The notes under the pieces are model-generated. The model was not told where the DNA came from and did not search any database. It worked only from the letters and a program-made list of their open reading frames with translations. Shown here piece after piece: positions 26,169 through 33,454 of a stretch of DNA of 35,941 nucleotides. The DNA lies in IMG/VR virus record IMGVR_UViG_3300026016_000021, positions 1-35,941 of that record; one strand, given 5' to 3'. The DNA is from a virus (Duplodnaviria > Caudoviricetes). Both the position numbers and the translations under genes were made by a program. Numbering within the stretch: position 1 is the stretch's first letter; each line of letters begins with the position of its first letter.

Positions 26169-26389
26169 ATGATTCGGAAGTGATTTACATCTTCATTTTC
26201 CTCGCGACAGGCATGGGAGGGGTTGCTTGGGGTATATGGATTGCGCTTGAATTGGTCAGGATTCGGCAGGCGCTTCAGCGGCTCTCGCCTCCGCCGGGCA
26301 AGCGGTATTTCGTCCCGGAGGGCATTCCCCAGGGTCCAAGCTCCGAACCGGCCGGCGAGGAGTCGGGTGAGGATCAGCGGCCTGCCTGA
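26165..26389 (+). CDS. Small single-TM membrane protein in the lysogenic operon
   Basis: VIYIFIFLATGMGGVAWGIWIAL; ATGA overlap with int. Confidence 0.65.
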   Translation: MNDSEVIYIFIFLATGMGGVAWGIWIALELVRIRQALQRLSPPPGKRYFVPEGIPQGPSSEPAGEESGEDQRPA

Positions 26390-26754
26390 ATGTCCTGCAA
26401 GACGTCGACCAAGACGGAAATGGCGCGCGGCGTCAGCAGGATCTCCTGATCTTCCTGACGCAATTTAAACCGGCGGTTCGCGACCTCATACTCGATGGAG
26501 CATTCCCCCAGGATGAACGTCTCCTGCAAAGTCCGGACGAGGCCTTTGGGTTTGGGCGTTTTGCGCGCGATCGGGAACGTGAAGGACGAGCGGCACTTCC
26601 CGCACCGGGGTCGTTCGAGGACCGATTTGGGGCTGACCGGCCAGGGAGCGAAATCCATCTGGGCGCCACACCGGGCGCATTTTATTGCCCGGGTTTCGTA
26701 GTCGCAGTCGCCGATGCGGATCGGCTCCTCCGAGAGAATGGGAATCTTACTCAC
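26374..26754 (-). CDS. Zinc-ribbon protein
   Basis: CARC...CGKC; GTG start next to attP. Confidence 0.55.
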   Translation of the reverse strand: MSKIPILSEEPIRIGDCDYETRAIKCARCGAQMDFAPWPVSPKSVLERPRCGKCRSSFTFPIARKTPKPKGLVRTLQETFILGECSIEYEVANRRFKLRQEDQEILLTPRAISVLVDVLQDIQAGR

Positions 26755-26763
26755 CCCCAATTC

Positions 26764-26994
26764 TTTGTCCCAAATCTGTCCCAACGGAAACCGAAATCCC
26801 CGCGATCTTGGGGAAAACTGGTGGAGGCGGCGGGAGTTGAACCCGCGTCCCTCCGCGGACCAAGCCGCTCCCAAACCGCGCATCCCCCAGCCCTTTAGCC
26901 CATTGCCGGCGGGACCGCCCCGGCCCCTCAGCCCCGAGTTCGACCCGGTTTCACCCGGTTTGACCTTCCCTTTTGTCCCAATTTGTCCCAACGG
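26764..26994 (+). repeat. attP arm-type sites
   Basis: TGTCCCAA pairs with 10-bp period at 26764-26787 and 26971-26994 flank the core; ACCCGGTTT tandem at 26943-26961. Confidence 0.75.
26819..26850 (-). other. ssrA: attP core: 3' end of tmRNA (ssrA), partial
   Basis: Minus strand GGACGCGGGTTCAACTCCCGCCGCCTCCACCA gives T-arm, acceptor strand and CCA of tmRNA; no 5' part present. Confidence 0.85.
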
Positions 26995-27045
26995 CCTTCC
27001 ATGCCAACCCGCAAAAGAAAAAGCGCTTTTAGGTGGATTTTTCTT

Positions 27046-27074
27046 TTGCAAGTGCGGCCCCGGTGAAGCATATT
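27046..27074 (+). promoter_or_regulatory. Sigma70-type promoter, leaderless
   Basis: TTGCAA-17 nt-CATATT-7 nt-ATG 27082, with an AT-rich upstream tract. Confidence 0.6.
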
Positions 27075-27081
27075 TGAAGAC

Positions 27082-27390
27082 ATGAAAACGAAACTGAAGA
27101 GACTGCGAATGGACCGAAACAACCCTTGGATTGGCAGAAATGGAGACTTGCGGCTTAAGGTATCGGTGGATGGCAGAACCGCAACCCTGCTATGGGATTA
27201 CGACCCAACTGGCCCCGACAGCGCATACTTGGTTACGGTGTCGGCTGACATTGGGTCAGACCCCGCCGATACCGTTTCGGCGCTACTAACGCAACTGGAG
27301 ATGGGACATACGGAGGAGGACCGCGAAATGGTGGCCGACGCACTAACCGAAGCCTTAGCCTATCAGCACGAGGACGGAGGTGCAAAGTGA
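27082..27390 (+). CDS. Hypothetical protein (moron gene 1)
   Basis: Own promoter; lower GC; acidic C-terminus. Confidence 0.65.
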   Translation: MKTKLKRLRMDRNNPWIGRNGDLRLKVSVDGRTATLLWDYDPTGPDSAYLVTVSADIGSDPADTVSALLTQLEMGHTEEDREMVADALTEALAYQHEDGGAK

Positions 27391-27739
27391 CCTTGCACCA
27401 CCCCTTCTGGCCAATATGAGTCGTCATCACGCTATCGCAGGCGCCAAAGGAGGATCCGTCCAAACGCGTGCTAAGTCTCGCGCTCTTGCGGCACTTCATC
27501 GCAAGCGCCGTGGCCTGCGGATCCATGTCAGTCCCTCCCGAGATAGGGAATCGACCCTCACGGAGCTTGCCTCCGTGGTCCGCCATCCGATTCGAGGTCG
27601 GAGCATCCGCGCCGTAGCCGAGCATCTGCGGGTCAGTGATCGGACAATCCGGCGGTGGCTCCAGGGCATTGATTGGCCGCCCGTTATGGCTTTGCGCGCC
27701 ATCCGTGCTTGGTGCGCTGCCAACAACCCCGGTCACTAG
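27380..27739 (+). CDS. Basic HTH protein (moron gene 2)
   Basis: GGAKGGS-like basic segment, then SIRAVAEHLRVSDRTIRRWLQG. Confidence 0.7.
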   Translation: MQSDLAPPLLANMSRHHAIAGAKGGSVQTRAKSRALAALHRKRRGLRIHVSPSRDRESTLTELASVVRHPIRGRSIRAVAEHLRVSDRTIRRWLQGIDWPPVMALRAIRAWCAANNPGH

Positions 27740-27996
27740 GGCCAAATCTCGAGGACACTGCCCATCCCCCCCAAGAAGGTCTTCGCGGGAAGGCGGGCCG
27801 CTTCAATGGCATCGTCCACCATTCGAGCAAAGTCCGACCGGCCGGCGTCGGCTCCCGGATAGGTGAACTCCAGCCCCTCGGTAATCACCCGCACCCGCTG
27901 ACATCCCATGCATTGGACCTGTCGCCAGCCAGGCGCCGGCGAATGGATCTGCGCGGGTTGAACCTGCCCGCAATGGGCACAGAAAACGTTGTTCAT
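27736..27996 (-). CDS. Zinc-ribbon protein
   Basis: CAHC...CMGC; start uncertain (27996 or 28050). Confidence 0.5.
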   Translation of the reverse strand: MNNVFCAHCGQVQPAQIHSPAPGWRQVQCMGCQRVRVITEGLEFTYPGADAGRSDFARMVDDAIEAARLPAKTFLGGMGSVLEIWP

Positions 27997-28012
27997 CCAG
28001 TTGGGGACCGTT

Positions 28013-28273
28013 TCAACGAGGCGGCTCCTGCAGCCGGAGCGAATCGTCATCCGCCTTGAGGCCGCCGGCCCGGCCTGGACCAACGTCGGATTCGCCGTCG
28101 GCCAGAAATTCTCGGAGCTTTGGATAGCGGCCGTGCTCCAGCATGAAGGCTCGCCGAAAGTTCACGTAACCGTTCCAGCACGGGCGACAAGCCCATTCGC
28201 GCTTGTCCCAAGGTGGGGACGCGATACTCGTTCCACCACACAGCGCACATGGCCTTTGCCGCGAACGTTTCAT
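28013..28273 (-). CDS. Zinc-finger protein
   Basis: CALC...CRPC. Confidence 0.5.
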   Translation of the reverse strand: MKRSRQRPCALCGGTSIASPPWDKREWACRPCWNGYVNFRRAFMLEHGRYPKLREFLADGESDVGPGRAGGLKADDDSLRLQEPPR

Positions 28274-28299
28274 AGGATCGGGGAATCGTTTCGCACAAG

Positions 28300-28374
28300 C
28301 CCCGAAGCCGGCCGTCAGGTTTGCACCCTCGAGGAGTTACCTCGTCGGCGCCTGGCCTTGGGCCGGCTCCGGAA
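28300..28374 (-). ncRNA. Rod-like structured RNA or 5' leader
   Basis: Nested helices CCGGAGCCGGCC/GGCCGGCUUCGG, CAGG/CCUG, CGCC/GGUG and CGAGG/CCUCG; G-U pairs favour the minus strand. Confidence 0.45.
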
Positions 28375-28688
28375 CAAATGCCGAAGGGCAAGACGAGGAA
28401 AGTCAAGCATACCAACGTCACAAAAGCAGGCCCTTTTTTGTGACGAATACTCTGGCTCTGCCGATCCGGCCGTCAAAGCCCGTGGATCATCGGGTGCCGG
28501 CCTTGCGGTCACGGCCGGCCGGATCGGCAAATCGCCGGATGCCAATGGCGACGTAACGTTGCGAACCACCAATGGGCAGCTTTTCCTCAAAACAAGGGCT
28601 GATCCGGATGACTATCTGATGCTCCGTTTCAATGCACAAACGGGGGGATTCTATTGGGAGACCTCGAAGAAAGGACAATTGCGATTCC

Positions 28689-28970
28689 TCACGGAGCTTG
28701 AGTAGCCCGGCAGTGGAATTCGATGGACAGATCCACGGGATAACAGGGCGCGTCCCCGGAGAACCGGGTCCAAGCGAATTTGCCCTCATCGATCACGATC
28801 CCGTTGAGCTCTTTCTCCGCGCGGTGGAAGGTCGGAAGCTTGATCGCGAGTGCTCCATCATGAGTTAGGAACGTGTCCCACACCTCAACGTCAGAGAAGG
28901 CCGTGGGCCCCTGGATTCGGCAATCTGTCGTCTTAATCATGACATTGTTAGCCAACTCTTTGGGCTCCAT
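28689..28970 (-). CDS. Hypothetical protein
   Basis: ATG 28970 overlaps the upstream gene end. Confidence 0.5.
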   Translation of the reverse strand: MEPKELANNVMIKTTDCRIQGPTAFSDVEVWDTFLTHDGALAIKLPTFHRAEKELNGIVIDEGKFAWTRFSGDAPCYPVDLSIEFHCRATQAP

Positions 28971-29304
28971 CCTCGAGAAACGCGGCCATTGATTCGCGCG
29001 CGATCCTTCCTGCCATCCTGGCAAGCTTCAGCCAATCCTCCTCCGTCTCGTTCTGCCAGACCGAGCTCTCATAGAGCATTCGCATAATTTGGGACACGGC
29101 CGTGAGGCAATGGCCTTGCTGCCAATGCTCGAGCACGTCCATCGTGGCTTTGTTGATCGCGAGCTTCAGCTCGGGATTGAGCTGTTCCCAATTGGGAGAA
29201 ATGTAAGTTCCGGACGTCGAGAGCGGATGTCCGCGCTCTTTCGATCGAGCGACCCAACGCTCGAATATGATTTGCCCCATCGATTTGCCTCGCAGCTCGG
29301 CCAT
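28948..29304 (-). CDS. Hypothetical protein
   Basis: 118-aa ORF after an AT-rich intergenic stretch. Confidence 0.6.
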   Translation of the reverse strand: MAELRGKSMGQIIFERWVARSKERGHPLSTSGTYISPNWEQLNPELKLAINKATMDVLEHWQQGHCLTAVSQIMRMLYESSVWQNETEEDWLKLARMAGRIARESMAAFLEDGAQRVG

Positions 29305-29358
29305 GGAGCAGTTTTTAGAGGCTAACTAGCCCTTAACAAGCCCATTGTTAGTCCCTAA

Positions 29359-29652
29359 TCAATCCAGCTCTTCCCAATCGGGAACCTCGACCGTCATTCC
29401 GGCCAGCCGATGGCTGCAATCCGAGAGAAATTGGATTTTCCCGCCCTTAACGAAGGAGTGACATCGTTTCTCCGTCCCAGGCCAGGTGACGAGCAGGCTG
29501 GGAGAAACCGAGGGCTGATCCCGCTCGGCCCCGGTGACGCTCCAGATCGGACCCTCAACGCTCTGGACGCAAAAGCGATGGGCGCACTCGCAACCGGGGC
29601 ACCAAAACTTGAATCCTCGGCGTTGACCGTCGTTCCAGGGGGCAAATTTCAT
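29359..29652 (-). CDS. DUF6527-like Cys/His protein
   Basis: FWCPGC..AH, PSVSPSLLV and RCHSFVKGGKIQFLSDCSH.LAG.TV motifs. Confidence 0.75.
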   Translation of the reverse strand: MKFAPWNDGQRRGFKFWCPGCECAHRFCVQSVEGPIWSVTGAERDQPSVSPSLLVTWPGTEKRCHSFVKGGKIQFLSDCSHRLAGMTVEVPDWEELD

Positions 29653-29999
29653 TCGAGCTCCATTCCATTCCTGGCAAAACAGCGACGGACAAAGCTCCAG
29701 GAAAGATTGAGCGCGGCGGCCTTCTCCGTATCGCCTCCGCGGTCGGGATGATGGGTGGCGATCGCCCGGCGGTAACCGTCCCGGGCCAGCTCGAGCAATC
29801 GGAAGAGCTCAGCTCTTGGCCTGTGCCAGAATCCCGCCGGCGGGCGCCCGCGTCGGCGCCGATTCTTGGGCGCGTATGCCAACGCCGGCGCGACCCCCAG
29901 AAAGACGAGTTCCGCGGGAATTCTGGCCCCATGACGGCGCCGGCGGCCACCGCGGATGCTCCGATTCTGCGGACTACTCGAGGAACGCGATGGCCTCAC
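29649..29999 (-). CDS. J-domain (DnaJ-like) protein
   Basis: FLGV...YRRAIATHHPDRGGD..KAAALN; likely GTG 29999 overlapping the protease gene end. Confidence 0.7.
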   Translation of the reverse strand: MRPSRSSSSPQNRSIRGGRRRRHGARIPAELVFLGVAPALAYAPKNRRRRGRPPAGFWHRPRAELFRLLELARDGYRRAIATHHPDRGGDTEKAAALNLSWSFVRRCFARNGMELE

Positions 30000-30825
30000 G
30001 GAGACTGGACACGGTGAAATCGGTGAGGCCGATCTTGGCGGCCTCCGAACCCACGAAGATTTGTCCCTGCATATGCTCCTCGTCCAGCCCCCGATAGTTG
30101 ACCATCTGGGCTTTGAACTCGGCCGCGCGGGCGTTGACCCAGCGTTGGACGAATTCGGCCTGATCGCTCGATAGAGGTTTGGCCGGGTGGCCCATGCCCT
30201 TGTAACGGCCGCTCCGGTAGATGTCGAAGGAGACCCCGAACCGATCGAGCAGGCGGGACACGTCCAGAACACCGCACATCGTGCCGATGGATCCCAGAAC
30301 CGCGGACGGGGTTGAGACCCGGACGCTGCAGGCCGATGTCACATACTCGGCCGCCGAGCAACATTGGTCTTCGGTATACATCAGCGTCGGGACCTGCTTG
30401 GAGACCTCGGCGATCAGGCTGGCCAATTCGTGGCAGCCCACGGCCGTGCCCCCGGGAGAATTGACAGGGAAGGCGATTCCCTTGGCCCTGGCGTCCATCG
30501 CGGCCATCACATCGCTGGCGATGTCCTCGGGTGAACAGAGCGAGGCGCGATATTTGTCGCTGCCGGTCGCTCCTTTCATCATCGGCCCGACGATCGGGAC
30601 GATTGCCACCCCCGACTGCGTGAGTTTGGCGCGCGGAAGGGCGTCCCCATTGACGTCGCGCTCCGGGCGGGCCTCGATCGCGGGTAAAGCCTCCTCGCGA
30701 ATCTCCAGGGATCCCGCGCCCTTCGCGCCGCAATACTCCAGGAGAATGCCCTCGATGAGGGAACCGGGACGAATATACCAGGCATGGGTGATGATCGAGC
30801 TGACGAGTTTGGGGGAAATGCGCAT
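29974..30825 (-). CDS. S49 family prohead protease (lambda gpC-like, without scaffold tail)
   Basis: VNSPGG, CSAAEY, GSIG, SGRYKG and MQGQIFVG.EA..GL.D motifs. Confidence 0.9.
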   Translation of the reverse strand: MRISPKLVSSIITHAWYIRPGSLIEGILLEYCGAKGAGSLEIREEALPAIEARPERDVNGDALPRAKLTQSGVAIVPIVGPMMKGATGSDKYRASLCSPEDIASDVMAAMDARAKGIAFPVNSPGGTAVGCHELASLIAEVSKQVPTLMYTEDQCCSAAEYVTSACSVRVSTPSAVLGSIGTMCGVLDVSRLLDRFGVSFDIYRSGRYKGMGHPAKPLSSDQAEFVQRWVNARAAEFKAQMVNYRGLDEEHMQGQIFVGSEAAKIGLTDFTVSSLREAIAFLE

Positions 30826-30828
30826 GGG

Positions 30829-32424
30829 TCAATCCTCTTCTTCGGGGTCTTCGGCGTCGTCCTCCGGTGGTTTGCCTGACGCTCCGGCCCCAGCCGCGGG
30901 CGCCGCCGGCGCCGGAGCGCCGCCTCCATTGTTGGGTTGGCGGATGAGCGACAGAGCCAGATCGAAGGAGATGCCCCACTCATCGACCAGGCGTCGGGCC
31001 TCGGCGAGAACCTGGCGGGCTTCCCGCCCCCGCTGCCGGATGATGTCGTCGGCCCGGCCGCCGGCCTTGCCGGCCACGGCGGCGAGGGTGGTCGAGCCGT
31101 AACGAAGGGCCTCCAGATCGGCTGAGGCGTCGTTGCCCGTGTCGACGGTGAGCTGCTCTGGCATCTGCCAGGTCAAATAGCGCCACCAGGGATCTGAGGT
31201 CTCGGGGATACTGCCGCGCTGAATGCCGGCGGCGATCGCCCAGGCCGTCGCGCGCAGCTTCCGCTTGCGGAGCGTGCGTTGCCGCCATTTGATGCTATGG
31301 CGGGCCGTGTCCTGGACCAGCCTGGTATTGGCTCCGCGCAGGCCGGCTGGGTCAAGGAGCCCTCGATGCCAGCCGATGGCATAGAGCCCGACGCTTTCCA
31401 GCCGCGTGACGAAAGCCTCGGTGTTGGGATGGGGCCTGGCCGATTCGATGGGATGGATCTTTCCGCCGGTGTTGGAGCGGAAATACATGAGTTCGTTCCC
31501 CTCGAGGTATTCGACCTCCACGTCGGGATTGGCGTTGTTAACCGCACGCGGCGTTGTCTCATCACCACCGACCACCGACGTGCCCGTGGGCGGTTCGCCC
31601 GATTCGTTGTGCACGGCGATGCCCAAGGCGGCATCCTGTTTGACCTGGCGTCGGAGAAAGTAATTGATGTCCTCGACATCGATGAAATCCAGGAGTGTGG
31701 GTGCGACCCTCGGGATCCCGCGCCCCTGATCGTGCCAGGCCGGCTCATAAACCATCTGGGCCTGCTCGACCGGCACGTCCATATCCTCGGCTTCGGTCAC
31801 GCCCAAAACGCGGTAGGCGATCACTTCGCCATCGCGATTGAAGATCACGCCGTTGCACATCTTCGCGCCGGCGAAGGGTCCCTTGAGAACGACGCTGTAG
31901 CCGTCGGCGGTGGCGGCGGCCGTCTGCCGGTTGCCGATCCGGTGGGCGGCCACGAATTGCAGCCGGGGCATGTCCTGGGAATCCCTTCGGAGGATCATGA
32001 CGTTGTCGCCATCGTGATCGATCGCGCAGCCATCCAGGAAGAGGGAGACACCCAAATCGTAGGGCTCCCCCCGGATGTTCGCCATCGGAGCCCAGAGATT
32101 GTTCACCCAATCCTCGACCGAATCCCGGAAGTATTCGTCGGGCCCGATGTAATGGAGCGGCCAACCCGTCCCGCCGATCGCGTAAAGATTCTTCTGGCAG
32201 ATCGCGCCGGCCAGAGTGCCGACGCGGGAGACGACTTGGCGGGAGAGATTGAGGAGGCTGCTCCAATCGTATTCGCTGATGGCGACGCGAGTGTCGACCA
32301 GCGAGAAGGCGCGGGGGCGATGACCGCGACGGATCTCGGTCCGGTAAAGAAGATCCAGGTTATGGGCGCGGCGCGAGACCAAAAGGTGGTAGCCCGCCGG
32401 GGTCTTGAGTCGTTCCTGGCTCAT
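30829..32424 (-). CDS. Portal protein (lambda gpB-like)
   Basis: 531 aa; DGD, LQFVAAHRI, NGVIFNRDG..IAY and QGRGIP motifs; position. Confidence 0.88.
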   Translation of the reverse strand: MSQERLKTPAGYHLLVSRRAHNLDLLYRTEIRRGHRPRAFSLVDTRVAISEYDWSSLLNLSRQVVSRVGTLAGAICQKNLYAIGGTGWPLHYIGPDEYFRDSVEDWVNNLWAPMANIRGEPYDLGVSLFLDGCAIDHDGDNVMILRRDSQDMPRLQFVAAHRIGNRQTAAATADGYSVVLKGPFAGAKMCNGVIFNRDGEVIAYRVLGVTEAEDMDVPVEQAQMVYEPAWHDQGRGIPRVAPTLLDFIDVEDINYFLRRQVKQDAALGIAVHNESGEPPTGTSVVGGDETTPRAVNNANPDVEVEYLEGNELMYFRSNTGGKIHPIESARPHPNTEAFVTRLESVGLYAIGWHRGLLDPAGLRGANTRLVQDTARHSIKWRQRTLRKRKLRATAWAIAAGIQRGSIPETSDPWWRYLTWQMPEQLTVDTGNDASADLEALRYGSTTLAAVAGKAGGRADDIIRQRGREARQVLAEARRLVDEWGISFDLALSLIRQPNNGGGAPAPAAPAAGAGASGKPPEDDAEDPEEED

Positions 32425-32427
32425 GGG

Positions 32428-32922
32428 TCAGCTGCGCCGTTCCCACTGATTGGTTGCGATGCCTGAGACGGGCGGCCCTGGAATCCCGTTGGTGGTGATG
32501 TAGGGATTATGGCCCCACTGATTGGTGCTGATCTGAATAGTTTGGGGCGCAGCCTCCGTGAGAAGCCGGTTTAGGAAAGCCTCCAATTGAGCGAGCTTGC
32601 CCGGATCGAGGAGCTTAATCCGCTCCCCCAGGGCGCTGACATTCTCCTCGGCGCGCCACTTCTCCCAACTGCGCTCATAATGCGCGAAGATCGGATCGGT
32701 GAGCCGCCGATAGATTTCCGGGACCGAATAATTGGGCGGCATGGGGCCCGGCGCCGCAGGCAACGAGAATCGGACCACGACCAGGTTGGTCCAGGCCTCG
32801 AGGGCTTGGGGTTGGATCCAGACGGTTACCGCGATCGGCGGCGCTGGAAGGGGCGGCAATGCCGGCGCTTGGGCCCGCGCCAGAGACCCGAGCAAAAGGA
32901 TGATGAGGAAACCGGCCCGCAT
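32428..32922 (-). CDS. Signal-peptide, Pro-rich protein
   Basis: MRAGFLIILLLGSLARA|QAP leader; four TN dipeptides. Confidence 0.65.
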   Translation of the reverse strand: MRAGFLIILLLGSLARAQAPALPPLPAPPIAVTVWIQPQALEAWTNLVVVRFSLPAAPGPMPPNYSVPEIYRRLTDPIFAHYERSWEKWRAEENVSALGERIKLLDPGKLAQLEAFLNRLLTEAAPQTIQISTNQWGHNPYITTNGIPGPPVSGIATNQWERRS

Positions 32923-32939
32923 GATAGCGGGGGCCAGAG

Positions 32940-33188
32940 TCAAATGAACTCCTGGACGGTGCGGTGGACCCGGCGGACGTCTCGCGCCGGGTAATCGTTT
33001 GGCCAGCGGCGGTTGAGCTCCTTCAGGATCAGTTCCACGCGGCGTTCGGGAGAGAGCTGCACGCTGTGCGTCGCGCCGGCGTCGCCCTCGTTCCACCCCG
33101 TGATGGAGGTTCCGCCGGCCAGCTGCTGCTGGGCCTCGGCCAGCCACTGCTCGAGATTGGCCCTGGTCGCTCCGAAGAATGGATTCAT
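32940..33188 (-). CDS. Head-tail adaptor (gpW-like)
   Basis: 82 aa helix-hairpin-helix between terL and portal. Confidence 0.6.
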   Translation of the reverse strand: MNPFFGATRANLEQWLAEAQQQLAGGTSITGWNEGDAGATHSVQLSPERRVELILKELNRRWPNDYPARDVRRVHRTVQEFI

Positions 33189-33436
33189 GGTTTGCCCCCA
33201 AGAATCTGCAGAGCGGCCGCCAGCGCCTGGCGAAGGGTTTCGAGGCCCGGATCCGGGTCGGCCGAGTATCCGCTGAGCTTGAGCTGGACGCCGTTGGTGG
33301 TCCCGATCGTAAACTGGCCGACCGCGTGCCTGGTCCCGATTGAGATGCGCCCGCCTCGAAAATCCCCCTGGCGGACCGAGGTGGCCGTGCATCCGCAAAG
33401 GAGTAAGGGAATGATCAACAGCAGCGCTCGCCTCAT
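33185..33436 (-). CDS. Lipoprotein
   Basis: MRRALLLIIPLLLCG|C lipobox. Confidence 0.7.
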   Translation of the reverse strand: MRRALLLIIPLLLCGCTATSVRQGDFRGGRISIGTRHAVGQFTIGTTNGVQLKLSGYSADPDPGLETLRQALAAALQILGGKP

Positions 33437-33454
33437 GACGAGGTCGATGGCCAG

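Noticed and set aside
26819-26850. Complete tRNA or tmRNA gene
   Set aside because: Only the T-arm and 3' acceptor strand are present; the upstream sequence cannot supply the 5' acceptor strand
27989-28705. 238-aa plus-strand ORF
   Set aside because: The 5' part is antisense to zinc-finger genes and the hairpin; the 3' part (about 28450-28705) looks protein-like but has no clear start, so it is not called
29649-30272. Programmed +1 frameshift fusing protease to J domain
   Set aside because: No slippery site seen; an overlapping GTG at 29999 explains the ORF
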